DNA of 64,000 nucleotides from NCBI GenBank assembly GCA_012862495.1, contig BLSG01000322.1, forward strand, positions 29,812 to 93,811. The letters are read 5' to 3'. The notes under the pieces were generated by a model. The model had not been told where the DNA came from. It searched no databases and saw nothing but the letters and a program-made list of their open reading frames with translations. Positions 45,929-57,900 of this stretch are shown in pieces. The position numbers and the translations under genes were made by a program. The number at the start of each line of letters is the position of its first letter. Position 1 is the first letter of the stretch. Source of the stretch: Thraustochytrium aureum. Taxonomy: Eukaryota.

Positions 45929-47110
45929 ATGTCCTGGTCCACGCGCGGAGACGGCACCGTCGGCGAGCGGTGCGTCGAAGCCGCGGCGTTTGCGGCTGCG
46001 GGCGACCTCGTGGCGGTGGTGTCGTCCAGGCTGGGCGGGAATATTTGGGACGGGGAAGTCAGGCTGTTTGCCGTCAAGGACTCGGAGGACGGCAGCAAGA
46101 GCGACTTGGTCCACGGCTGCGCCACGACGCTGGGGTGCTCGCTGTCGGACGTTGTGTGGATTACGGACCGCAAGACCGTCGCCGTGGCTGGCGATGACGG
46201 GAACGCCTATGTGCTGTCGGTGGACAAGGTCGCCGGCATCCCCGAAACGAACGAGTTTTGCCTGCAAAGCACGCTGGCAGAGCACGAGGACGCGGTCACC
46301 GCGCTCTCTATGGACAGGCGAAACAAGCGACTCTTGTCTTCCAGCCTTGACGGCACCGTCAACGTGTGGGACGTGACCCAACCCTCGAGCCCCTTGCAGA
46401 CCCTCTCGCCCAAGCTGGATGCGCTCGCCAACCCGATCGTGTGGGACGTGGTTTGCCACGCAGAAGGCTTGTGGGCTGCCACTGCGCACCAAGATGGGGC
46501 GGTGCGTGTTTGGGACTATCGGCTGGACGGGAGCGGCGGCTGCGTGCAGACGCTGGGCACCGGGTCGCACGGGGNNNNNNNNNNNNNNNNNNNNNNNNNN
46601 NNNNNNNNNNNNNNNNNNNNNNNNNNNNNNNNNNNNNNNNNNNNNNNNNNNNNNNNNNNNNNNNNNNNNNNNNNNNNNNNNNNNNNNNNNNNNNNNNNNN
46701 NNNNGTCAGACGCGCCGTGCGGCTCGCGGCTCGCGTGCGGGACTGCGGACGGGACAGTGTGCTTGCTCGACGTTCGCAAGCCTGGCGCCATGACACTTGC
46801 GATTCCCAAACGGCCAGCGCACTCTGGCGAGGCCCACGCCGTGCAGCTCCTTTCGTCCAACTCGGACCTGTTTGTCGTTTCTGGCGGCGCTGACGGCTGC
46901 GTCGTCGCCTTGCAGGCCGACTTGGTAGTGGCCGACGCAGTCTCCGCTGCCGCAAGCCTCAAACCTGTGCACCGCGACTACGTGCGCGCCCTTGCCGTCC
47001 GGCCAGAGCCAGCGTCTCTCAGCAGCAGATCGCGTTTGCCCCAAGTCTTTTCGGGCGCCTGGGACGGCTCGGTGGTGCTGCAGTCGTTCGCTGCGCCGCC
47101 TCGGTCCTGA
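45929..47110 (+). CDS. WDR77: WD40-repeat protein, MEP50/WDR77-like (internal gap)
   Basis: SRLGGNIWDGEVRLF, VAGDDGNAYV, EHEDAVTALS..SSSLDGTVNVWD and HRDYVRALA..SGAWDG match the MEP50 pattern from recall. Confidence 0.65.
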   Translation: MSWSTRGDGTVGERCVEAAAFAAAGDLVAVVSSRLGGNIWDGEVRLFAVKDSEDGSKSDLVHGCATTLGCSLSDVVWITDRKTVAVAGDDGNAYVLSVDKVAGIPETNEFCLQSTLAEHEDAVTALSMDRRNKRLLSSSLDGTVNVWDVTQPSSPLQTLSPKLDALANPIVWDVVCHAEGLWAATAHQDGAVRVWDYRLDGSGGCVQTLGTGSHGXXXXXXXXXXXXXXXXXXXXXXXXXXXXXXXXXXXXXXXXXXXXSDAPCGSRLACGTADGTVCLLDVRKPGAMTLAIPKRPAHSGEAHAVQLLSSNSDLFVVSGGADGCVVALQADLVVADAVSAAASLKPVHRDYVRALAVRPEPASLSSRSRLPQVFSGAWDGSVVLQSFAAPPRS

Positions 47111-47363
47111 GGCCTTCCAAAGGGGCGCAGAGCGGTTTGTGATCGGAGCAGCGAAAACGTAGAAAAGAAAGGGGAACGCTTGTTTCTTTCTTGATTTCAA
47201 TCAAGCGAAGCGAGGAGTCCTCCGGCTGCGGGGACTCTGCACAACCGTTGAGAGTTAGAAGACGACGACGGCTGAATACAGCTCGCTCGAGACTGCAGAG
47301 CGGCCGGCCGGCGCGAGCGTCCTCGCCGGGCGCCCACAGACAGACACGCATTGAATTCAAACG

Positions 47364-48240
47364 TCACGCGCCGGCAACTTGGGCGGACGCTTTCTCGCGG
47401 AGCGTCTCAAGGCTGCTGTTGTCCTCTGCCCACTCAAGCACAAGGTGGCGGCCGTACAAGTGCGTGTTAGCGAGCGCTGCAAAGGCCGCCTTGGCTTCCT
47501 GGTGCGTGACAAAGTCGACAAAGGCAAACCCGCGGTGGGACCCGTCAAACTTCTTCGGGAGGCGGATCGTGTTGACCTGGCCATACGCGGCCACGAGCTG
47601 CTTGATCTCCTTCTTGTTCGCCTCGAACGCGAGGTTGCGAATGACGATCTTGGTGGCTTTGCTCGCCGCGGCCGAACCACTAGTCCCAAGCGCCTCGCTG
47701 ACGGTCTTGCCGTTGGCGCGCTGCGCGCCGCCGGAACCCGGGCGCGTCTGCGCGGCCTCGAGGTCCTTGCGCCGTTGGAGATTTTCACGTCCAGCTCGTG
47801 CCCGTCCAGCATGCACCCACGAGCTGTACGCAGCGCCTTGCGGCAGGCGCGCTCGTCGGCAAACTCGACAAACCCGAAACCCGTCGACAGCTCGGTCCCG
47901 TTTGCCGCTTTGCGCTTCGGGATAGCGACGTGCTTGATGCTGTTCTTGCCCACGAGTTTCTCGAAGAACGCTTGCAGCGCCGGCTCGCGCGTGTCGAAAT
48001 GCAGGTTTTTCACAAACAGCGTGTGGCGGTCCTCAACGACATCAGCATCTGCCCTCGGCGCGCTGGGCTCGGCCTCCAAGGTCGCCTCCTCTGCCGCGAG
48101 GCCGTTCTCGTCCGCCCCGCCGCGCTCCGCGACAGGCGCTTGAGAGGCCGCCGAGGCAGCGCCCTTCGCGGCCTTGGCGCCGGCCTCTGTCGGCAAGACG
48201 CTGTCCGGGGCCCACTCGAGGTAGATGGGAACCTCCTTGT
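47364..48240 (-). CDS. MRD1: Multiple-RRM ribosome biogenesis factor MRD1/RBM19, last two RRMs (5' part in gap)
   Basis: [26 protein letters not shown], then [45 protein letters not shown]; frameshift near 47780. Confidence 0.9.
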
Positions 48241-49214
48241 NNNNNNNNNNNNNNNNNNNNNNNNNNNNNNNNNNNNNNNNNNNNNNNNNNNNNNNNNNNN
48301 NNNNNNNNNNNNNNNNNNNNNNNNNNNNNNNNNNNNNNNNNNNNNNNNNNNNNNNNNNNNNNNNNNNNNNNNNNNNNNNNNNNNNNNNNNNNNNNNNNNN
48401 NNNNNNNNNNNNNNNNNNNNNNNNNNNNNNNNNNNNNNNNNNNNNNNNNNNNNNNNNNNNNNNNNNNNNNNNNNNNNNNNNNNNNNNNNNNNNNNNNNNN
48501 NNNNNNNNNNNNNNNNNNNNNNNNNNNNNNNNNNNNNNNNNNNNNNNNNNNNNNNNNNNNNNNNNNNNNNNNNNNNNNNNNNNNNNNNNNNNNNNNNNNN
48601 NNNNNNNNNNNNNNNNNNNNNNNNNNNNNNNNNNNNNNNNNNNNNNNNNNNNNNNNNNNNNNNNNNNNNNNNNNNNNNNNNNNNNNNNNNNNNNNNNNNN
48701 NNNNNNNNNNNNNNNNNNNNNNNNNNNNNNNNNNNNNNNNNNNNNNNNNNNNNNNNNNNNNNNNNNNNNNNNNNNNNNNNNNNNNNNNNNNNNNNNNNNN
48801 NNNNNNNNNNNNNNNNNNNNNNNNNNNNNNNNNNNNNNNNNNNNNNNNNNNNNNNNNNNNNNNNNNNNNNNNNNNNNNNNNNNNNNNNNNNNNNNNNNNN
48901 NNNNNNNNNNNNNNNNNNNNNNNNNNNNNNNNNNNNNNNNNNNNNNNNNNNNNNNNNNNNNNNNNNNNNNNNNNNNNNNNNNNNNNNNNNNNNNNNNNNN
49001 NNNNNNNNNNNNNNNNNNNNNNNNNNNNNNNNNNNNNNNNNNNNNNNNNNNNNNNNNNNNNNNNNNNNNNNNNNNNNNNNNNNNNNNNNNNNNNNNNNNN
49101 NNNNNNNNNNNNNNNNNNNNNNNNNNNNNNNNNNNNNNNNNNNNNNNNNNNNNNNNNNNNNNNNNNNNNNNNNNNNNNNNNNNNNNNNNNNNNNNNNNNN
49201 NNNNNNNNNNNNNN

Positions 49215-49262
49215 CGCTCAAGCCCTGGCGCTCAAGCCCTGGCGCTCAAGCCCTGGCGCTCA
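49215..49262. repeat. 14-bp tandem repeat (GCTCAAGCCCTGGC)x3 or more at gap edge
   Basis: Three perfect copies visible; may continue into the gap. Confidence 0.9.
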
Positions 49263-49425
49263 GGCGCTCGCGCTCAGGCCCTCGCGGCTGCCCGCGTTGC
49301 GTGTCTGCCTGCCCGTGTTGCGTGTCTGCCTGCGCGTCCGCCTTGCGCGTCTCCCCTGCGCGCCTTGCGTGTCTGCCTGCTCGGTTCTGCTCTGCTGCGA
49401 GCGAAATGCGTTCCGCAGTTCCCTC

Positions 49426-49690
49426 CAGAGGATCTATCTTGAACAGTCTGACTCTGTCGCATCGCTTCTCTTGTGGTACAGAGGATCTCTCTTGTACTTC
49501 CGGACTCTGCGCTTTCGCCGCTTCGTTTTTGGTGCAGAGGATCTATCGTCTAGTTCTGGACACGGTCATTTGGTGGACTCGTAAAGAGGATCTGTCGTGG
49601 ATCGGAGGACTCCGCTGTGGGGAACGGGTTTTATCCTGAGGATCTATCGTGGATAGTAGTGCTCGGTGGCGTGTTTTCAAGAGGATTGTG
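49426..49690. repeat. Interspaced bipartite repeat array GAGGATCTNTC-N11-GACTC, period 43-56 bp, 5 full units plus 1 degenerate
   Basis: GAGGATCT starts at 49428, 49481, 49537, 49586 and 49638, with GAGGAT at 49681. GAC(T/A)C lies at exactly +22 in units 1-4. Confidence 0.85.
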
Positions 49691-49983
49691 CTTGTGGGCT
49701 GGGCGCAGCAGAGCGACCTCACGGGCCGTGGGAGCGCTTGGAGGCTGCGTGAAGGAGTGCGCACGAGCGCGGCCTCGCGGCCTCGTGGTGGGTTTTGGGG
49801 CTGGATGATGGCGCTTTAGGGCCTTGCCGTCGCTTTGGTGGATGCGGTCGACCCGATTGATCCGTTGGATTGTTGTTTGTTTGTTGTTTGTTTGTTGCAT
49901 GTGCTCCGACGGCATCGGCGTCGAATGCCACGGCAGCGCCGCATCGGGCCAGGCTCGCGCGAGCGGGGCTGAGCGGCCGCGAG

Positions 49984-51585
49984 ATGGACGCGTACTGCGA
50001 GAAAGCGCTGGCGAAGGCGTTTGCAAAGTGGGCCGATGACGGGGGCGTCTTGGAGGCTGCTGACGTGCAAGCCGTTCTCGACGAGCTACCAGGAAGCAAA
50101 AGGTTTAGGACGTGGTTGCCCACGGGAGACGAGCTTCGGGAAAAGCTTGCGGGATTTCGCGCCGACGCGCTGACGCTGGACGTGATCCAGCGAGTCATGC
50201 TCGAGTTTTACCAAGACGATACCCGTCGCGGGCGGCAAGGCGAAACGCGCGAGCGCAAGGACCTGCATGGAATCGATGAGTTTGGCTCGGCCGAGTTGGA
50301 GGAAGCAAAAATGGAGCTCGAGGCTAACAAAGCAAAGGTAGACGCTGCACACGCAACAGCGGCCAAAAATCGCGAACAACGCGAGCAGTACCTAGAACGC
50401 GAGCGCGCCAAGGCGGCGCGGTACGCAGCTGAACTGGCCGTGGAGGCCCCGGCTCGACCTGGTACACTCAGCATCGAGGAGTCGTCGCGAGAAGAAAATC
50501 AGGTTCCGGCGAACGAGCCGGTGACGCCCGAGCCGGGACGAGCAGATGATGGCCGCCATGCCGTTTTGGAACCGCCCCCGACCAAGGGCGTGGTCGGGCC
50601 GCGTTTTGATTCACCCGAGCCAGAAGAACAGATCGACTCCAACCACCTTGCCTCCGGAACCTCCACGGCCCCGACACGAAAGCAGAAAGCAGTTCTGGAG
50701 AGCAACCACTCGCCTGTCGCAGACCGTTCTGCAAATCCTGAGCTCGAACCGAACGCTCTGGAATCTGCAGCTCCCGGGCTTTGCGAGAGCGATGCGATAG
50801 TAGATCATCCAGGCTTCTCTGCAAACTTGGCGTCCGCCAATAGCGCCTCGGCTGAATCAGAAGAGCTGCCTCTGAAGAGCTCGCGCAGCGACAGCGAACG
50901 GGAACTTTCAGCCGCCGCGCCTGTCACCCGAGCCCCGCGCGAGGTGGACCCAAGACATCAGCAGTCTACTTTGCCAACTAGTGCAATCGATGAACGCGAC
51001 GATGGAGCAGTCGACGGCATCGAGAGCGGCGCGGCAGGCCCAAGTCCAACGGAGTGCGACGGCGCAGGCGGAGCGCATCGTGACGCCGACACCCTCGGCT
51101 CAAAACTGGTTTCAAAACAAGTCGACACCGGCTCAGCTGGAAACGTCACTACGGATGTCAAGAGCGATGGAGGCAATCGGAAAGAGCGCAAAAGTGCATG
51201 TTCTACAGAGCATGATTCCTCGAGCCAAATCCCGAGCGGTGCGCCAAGCCAAGCGCACACCAAGGCTCTTGTAGACTCTATCGGGAGCGGCGTCACGCTC
51301 ACGACGGGGACTAGACCTGGCGCTAGTGCCGGGGCAGATGGGGACCGCTTGCGGCTCGAAATCGAGCAAGCGCGCCTCGCACTGCGTCGGTACGACGGCC
51401 ATTCCGTGGACGGAGCTCGCGAAGCCGACCTCGAGGCTGAGAACGCGGGCCTTCGCGCGGAAAACGAAGAGCTACGATATTTGCTGGCCGTTGCCCGCCT
51501 TGACCTCGACAAGACGAGCCGAGCTCTTGCAGAATCCGATACGCGAGCGAAAGCGCTTCAGCGCGCGTTGAACAGGCTGTACTAA
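49984..51585 (+). CDS. Hypothetical protein: short EF-hand-like N-terminus, coiled coils, long disordered middle
   Basis: Intact 533-aa ORF; AFAKWADDGGVLEAADVQAVL, two coiled-coil-like stretches, and an S/E/P-rich linker. Confidence 0.7.
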   Translation: MDAYCEKALAKAFAKWADDGGVLEAADVQAVLDELPGSKRFRTWLPTGDELREKLAGFRADALTLDVIQRVMLEFYQDDTRRGRQGETRERKDLHGIDEFGSAELEEAKMELEANKAKVDAAHATAAKNREQREQYLERERAKAARYAAELAVEAPARPGTLSIEESSREENQVPANEPVTPEPGRADDGRHAVLEPPPTKGVVGPRFDSPEPEEQIDSNHLASGTSTAPTRKQKAVLESNHSPVADRSANPELEPNALESAAPGLCESDAIVDHPGFSANLASANSASAESEELPLKSSRSDSERELSAAAPVTRAPREVDPRHQQSTLPTSAIDERDDGAVDGIESGAAGPSPTECDGAGGAHRDADTLGSKLVSKQVDTGSAGNVTTDVKSDGGNRKERKSACSTEHDSSSQIPSGAPSQAHTKALVDSIGSGVTLTTGTRPGASAGADGDRLRLEIEQARLALRRYDGHSVDGAREADLEAENAGLRAENEELRYLLAVARLDLDKTSRALAESDTRAKALQRALNRLY

Positions 51586-51903
51586 GCACTTGTGGTTGGT
51601 GCGGAAGCGCTTCCGCGAAACTCTGCAGGCGCCAAGCCTAGTCGAGGAGCGGGCCAGCGCCTTCTGCGTTGCTGCCGGCTTCGGGTTGTGCAGGCGGCAA
51701 GCGCGCCAGTTGGAGCATTCCTGGCCCTCAGGGCAACGGAGGATGGCTCCGCGTTTGGGTTCGATAGTAAAACTAGCGATGCATTTTGCGACTCTGCTCT
51801 ATTGCGATGACCTGCTCTTTTGCAACCCTCTGCCCTTTTGCGACCCGGCGTCGTCAGGGCTGTTCGATTTGATTTGGTTCAGCCGCGTTTGTGAGCAGCT
51901 GGA

Positions 51904-54900
51904 TCAGGTCTGAAACTTCATCGAAACCTTCAAGCGCGTGCCGAGCTGCAAAATAATCTCTCCGTTCTGCGCCCTCCGCTTTGGGCTGCTCGCGATGCTG
52001 CTGTAGGCCGAGCGTTTTCTCAAAGTTGGAGATGAGATGGAGGAAAGCAAAAAAGTTGCGCTGCTCCATTGGACTTGCCACCTTTTCAAGCCACTCGCCA
52101 ACCGAGCCTTTGGGAGCCAGCGGGATACTTGCACCAGGCTCTGCCAAACCCGACGTCCNNNNNNNNNNNNNNNNNNNNNNNNNNNNNNNNNNNNNNNNNN
52201 NNNNNNNNNNNNNNNNNNNNNNNNNNNNNNNNNNNNNNNNNNNGTGTAAGCCCCTGTTAAAAACGGCTTTTGCGTGGCGAGCTGCAACGCGGAGAGGGGC
52301 CCCGAGGCGGCGGTGCCAGACAGGGCCCCCGTCAGGTCCGAGCCCTCATCTGCTGTGTTTCCCAGCAGCCTTGCGTTCTCTTGGCCCCCGACGGGCACCC
52401 CTCCGCGGTTGCCGGACGAGGGCCCAAAAGCGCGAGTGAACTCAACGAGACTTATCTTGCCATCGCGGTCAATGTCGACGCGGCGGATCAGTTCCTTGGC
52501 CTCCTCTTCGGACGCAGGGAACCCCAGCTTGAGCATGGCGCCGCAAAACTCTTTGAGGGATATCTTGCCGTCACGGTTGCGGTCGAAGAGCTCGAAGCAG
52601 TCCTTGACGCCAGCGCCCTTGGCGCTCATCGAGGTCACAAACTCGATCACGCGCTGCTCTAACGCGTAGATCGCATCGTCGTCGAGGGTGAGAAAATTGA
52701 CAAAGTCCTTGTAGGCAAACTTGTCTTGGCCCTTGAGGTCGAAACGCGCCACGAGGCACGCGAGGTCCTCGTTGGTGAGGCGCCACTTGAGGTCGGCAGC
52801 AACCTTGCGCAGCTCGCGCTTGCCGATGTAGCCTTTTCCATCCGGGTCCAGCTTGGCCATCGCGCGGAGCACTGAATGGTGACCTGTACGCTTGACCAAG
52901 GCGGTCTTGCGGATTTTCTGGCGCACAGCGCTCTCCATTTCGCCAGCAAACGTGTTGCCGACCACCTCGCCGTTCGGCCCGCGAGCCCAGTGGTCCCTGT
53001 CCGAGCCACGCGTCACAAAGATCAAAAAGTGCCGGTAGTCCACGAACTGGCCCTTGGCCGACTCTTGCAGCTTTGCCAGAATTTTGGCCACCTCCTCGGC
53101 GTTCACGTCAAACCCGATCCGAGCGAGCGCCGACGTCATCTCGCCGTGATCAATCTTGCCGTCTTTGTCTGCGTCAAACATCTCGAACGCGTCGCTGTAG
53201 TCCTTGGCAAGGCCTGCGTTAAGTGCGTCTGAGATGACCTGCCGGAGTTTCGAGAGCACTTGCCAAACGAGCGGATCCACGCCCTCCTGCTCGCGGCGCT
53301 CGCGCTCCTCGCGGAGCTTTTGGAGCCCGTTGCGGATGTCCACTCCGGTGGTGGCGCGCTTCCAGCCCGGGAGCTGATCGGCGCGAGGGCCCTCGGTGTT
53401 GAGGCAAAACGCGACGAAATCTTGGTACGGGACTTGGCCCTTCTTGTTCTCAGGCTCAAAGTGGGCCACAAACTTGGCCAGTGTGGCTCGCTCGGCCTTT
53501 TGGAAACCGATGCGGACGAGGTAGGACACCACCACTTTGCTGGGCAACAGGAGGTCGGCGTGCTTGTCCAGCTTGGCGAGCTCTTGCGCCACGTCGCGGC
53601 CCGCAGCCTGCGTGCGGAAGCGCGCGAGGATGTCGTCCACTTGGCTCTCAAAAGTGGGTCCCTTGCCCGCCTTGACGTCTTCGAAAGTCTTTTTGCAGCT
53701 CGCGACGAGGTCGCGGTAGAATACAGAGTGGTCCGCGCCACGGCCGTACTTGTCGACAAGCCGACGTTGCAGTGCCTTGGACACCTTTTTCCGGATGCCC
53801 ATGTGCCCGAGGGCCCGTTCGAGGTCCTGGGACCGGATCTTGCCCGAGCGCTTGCGGTCAACCTTTTCAAAGGCGCGCTTGAACCGCTTGTGTTTGTCCT
53901 TTGAGACGACGCGCCCCACGTACGTCTCAAACTTGAGCAGCACTGCGTCCTGCTCCGCGTCGCTGTCAGAGTCCCAGACCTCGTCGGCTCCACTATCCTC
54001 CTCGGAAGTCCACTCGCTGAGCTGCTCGCTTCCCGATGCCGACGAGGAGGAGCCGCTTCGACCGCGCCGCCCCCGGCTGCCGCCGCGGCTGCGGCTGCGC
54101 GGGCTGTGCTTTGACCTCGAACGCGAGCTTTTCGAGCCGCGCTTGCGCGCTCGCTGCCTACTGAGCTCGCCGCCGCTCCCACTGCTCGACGACTCGGTAT
54201 CGCTGTTATCAGGGCGAGAGCCGCGCCGTGCACGGACGGTGGGCGACCCCCTGACGCGGCTGGGTGGACTACCAGAGCCTCGGCTAGGGCTGTGGCGCGA
54301 CGTAGACCGCCTTGGCGATGTTGGGCGCCCCCTCTTCACGAGCTTCATAAACTCGCGGTAGCTCACTTTCCCGTCGCGGTCTTTGTCAAGGTAGTCGACG
54401 ACCTGGCGCAGCTCGCGGTGGGAAAACTTGAATCCGAGCTTATCGAGAGCGCGGCCAAACTCCGCGCGGCTCACGTACCCGTCGTTATTAATGTCAAACA
54501 TGTCGAACGCCTCGTGATAGTCCTCCATGGCGCCCCGTCGAACGCCCTTTTCACCACTCTGCCAAGGAGTTCAGCGAGCTCGGCAGCGCCCTCTGAGAGC
54601 TCGTCAGATTCATGCCTCGGCTCCGGCCGCGACCGGCGGGAGACCGGCGCGAAGGGGACCGACGACCCCCTAGCTTGCGGACGCTACGAGCCGGCACCCG
54701 CGGCTCGCGGTCCCCATCGTCATAGTCAATCGCGAAACTGCCGTCTGCGTTCTCGCGCGTAATCGTCCCTTTGTAGAATTTGGCGCCCCCCTTGAAGCGC
54801 GCCTCGACGCGCGCACCTTTCCGAAGCGGGCTTTCTACGGGGCTCTCCTCTTCGCGTGCGGCGCTGCGTGAACGCCGCACCGACTTGCCCCCATCGAGAA

Positions 54901-57900
54901 GCCGCATAAACGAGGGCCGCACTCGCGGCTCCCGGTCTCCATCGTCGTAGTCGACTGCGTATGTACCGTCTGGGTTCACGCGCATGATCGTGCCCTTGAA
55001 AAACTTGGACCCGCCTTTGAAGCGCGCCTCGACCCGCGCGCCCTTGACAAAGCCTGCGCCAGCCTCCACATCCGACTCGGTCTCGCTTCCAGCCGGCTTG
55101 CGTGCCGTAGGGCGCCGGCTGTCCTTCGGCGACGCCGCGAGCTCTAGACTCTTGATTCGCTCTGGCGGCACTCGGCGCTCGTGGTCGCCGTCATCATAGC
55201 GAATGTCGCAGCTTCCGTCAGGGTGCGCGCGCTCNNNNNNNNNNNNNNNNNNNNNNNNNNNNNNNNNNNNNNNNNNNNNNNNNNNNNNNNNNNNNNNNNN
55301 NNNNNNNNNNNNNNNNNNNNNNNNNNNNNNNNNNNNNNNNNNNNNNNNNNNNNNNNNNNNNNNNNNNNNNNNNNNNNNNNNNNNNNNNNNNNNNNNNNNN
55401 NNNNNNNNNNNNNNNNNNNNNNNNNNNNNNNNNNNNNNNNNNNNNNNNNNNNNNNNNNNNNNNNNNNNNNNNNNNNNNNNNNNNNNNNNNNNNNNNNNNN
55501 NNNNNNNNNNNNNNNNNNNNNNNNNNNNNNNNNNNNNNNNNNNNNNNNNNNNNNNNNNNNNNNNNNNNNNNNNNNNNNNNNNNNNNNNNNNNNNNNNNNN
55601 NNNNNNNNNNNNNNNNNNNNNNNNNNNNNNNNNNNNNNNNNNNNNNNNNNNNNNNNNNNNNNNNNNNNNNNNNNNNNNNNNNNNNNNNNNNNNNNNNNNN
55701 NNNNNNNNNNNNNNNNNNNNNNNNNNNNNNNNNNNNNNNNNNNNNNNNNNNNNNNNNNNNNNNNNNNNNNNNNNNNNNNNNNNNNNNNNNNNNNNNNNNN
55801 NNNNNNNNNNNNNNNNNNNNNNNNNNNNNNNNNNNNNNNNNNNNNNNNNNNNNNNNNNNNNNNNNNNNNNNNNNNNNNNNNNNNNNNNNNNNNNNNNNNN
55901 NNNNNNNNNNNNNNNNNNNNNNNNNNNNNNNNNNNNNNNNNNNNNNNNNNNNNNNNNNNNNNNNNNNNNNNNNNNNNNNNNNNNNNNNNNNNNNNNNNNN
56001 NNNNNNNNNNNNNNNNNNNNNNNNNNNNNNNNNNNNNNNNNNNNNNNNNNNNNNNNNNNNNNNNNNNNNNNNNNNNNNNNNNNNNNNNNNNNNNNNNNNN
56101 NNNNNNNNNNNNNNNNNNNNNNNNNNNNNNNNNNNNGCCTCGCTCGAGCGGAACCTCCGCTGCAGACTCGTCGGCCGAGTCGAGCAGGGCGGGGCGCCGC
56201 GCTGGGCGCCGCGCTGCCCCGCCAAGCGGGTTGATACTGGCTCGCGGAACGTTTCTCTCAGCGTCGCCGTCGTCGTAGTCGATGTTGTACGTGCCATCGC
56301 GGTTTACGCGGGCGATTTTGCCCTTGTACATTTTCCGCCCCCCCTTGTATCGCGCCTCCACAGCATCGCCAACTTGCAACGGAGCGGCAGCGTCGTCGGG
56401 GGTTTCGCTGTCGAGCGCAGAGTCCTCGACGGCAGCACGGTCAGCGACACCCCCGCCACTGCCCAAAAGCCGCACGTTGCGAGGCGGAACCCGGCGCTCC
56501 TTGTCCCCGTCGTCGTACTCGATGTCAAAGGAGCCGTCAACGTTTGACCGCGTCACCGTCCCCTTAAAGTACCTGGCGCCCCCTTTGAACTTGGCCTCGA
56601 CGCGCGCCCCGACCTCGATCCGGTTCGAGTTGACCGCGCCGCGGCTCGGACTTGACCTGGAGGCCCCAAGCTTGCGGACGTTGCGGGCCGGAACGCGGCG
56701 CTCCGCGTCGCCGTCGTCATAGGTGATGTCGCATGCGCCGCTCGGGTGAACGCGGTCGACGATGCCTGGAAAGTAGCGCGCTCCGCCCTTGAACTTTGCC
56801 TCGACGCGGTCGCCAGCGCGAATTTGGTCGCGCGTCGCGTCCGCAGCTGCGTCGTCCTCCGAGTCGCCGACGAGCAACTCGCTCCCGCGCCCCCTGACGG
56901 GTCTCGACCCTGTGCGCGCCCCTGGGCTGCTGGCAAGAGCGCGGATCTTGTCCGGGGAAACGCGCCGCTCAGCGTCCCCGTCGTCGTATTCGATATCGCA
57001 GGAGCCGTCTGGATAAGCGCGAGCGACTTTGCCCTTAAAGTACTTGTGCCCGCCTTTGAAGCGCGCCTCGACGCGGTCGCCTCGCTGGAACCCTTGGACT
57101 GCGCTGTCGCTTTCGGCGACCCCGCCCCCGCCAACTGCTCGTACGAGGGAGGCGGGCACACGGGCCTCGCTGTCGCCATCATCGTAATGATGTCGTAGGA
57201 CCCGTCCGGTCGCGCGCGCTCAACGACGCCAGGAAAGTACTTGCGGCCTCTTTTGTAGCGCGCCTCGACCTTTTGCCCTGGCCGGAGCGCGGCCCCGGAC
57301 CCTTCCCTCGGGCTCGACCTGGCACCGGCTCCAGCGCCGTCGTTGGTCGCCGCGCCAAGCGCCTTGACGAACTTGCCGTACCGGGCCTGGCCCCCGATCG
57401 AAACCGCATCGCAGATCTCTTGCAAGTTTTTGAATGGGATTCCGAGCCGCGACTTTTCGACGATGCGTTGGAATTCGCGGGCGGAAACCTTGCCGGAGGC
57501 GTCCTGGTCGATCATCTCGAATCCGTCCTGGATGTCCGCAATCTGCTTTTCAGAAACTGGGGAGCCTCGTAGGGCAGAGCTGATAAGCGCGACGAGCTCG
57601 CCGTCCACGCCCCCCCCGACGCGTGGCGACCGCGGCGACGCGGCGCCTGGCGCCGCACCGGCCTTTTTCCTGCGGATGAGTCCCGGCTGGACGCGGCGCT
57701 CAGAGTCCCCGTCGTCGTACGTGATATCGCAGCTCCCATCCGCGTTGACTCGCGCGATTTTTCCAGGATAAAATTTGCGGCCCCCCTTGTACATGGCCTC
57801 TACGAGATCCCCGCGAGCAAAGTTGCCGGCAGCATCCTCGGTCCCGAAACCATCCGGGTCGTCAAAGCTGGCCCCTCTTCCCGCGCTCCGAGTAGGGCCA

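Noticed and set aside
7993..49262. 14-bp repeats at 7993 and 49215 as one dispersed family
   Set aside because: Only about 10 of 14 positions match in reverse complement in GC-rich sequence; too weak.
49426..49690. Array as a true CRISPR locus
   Set aside because: Eukaryotic context, no cas genes, the conserved block is only 11 nt, and neighbouring spacers are partly similar to each other.
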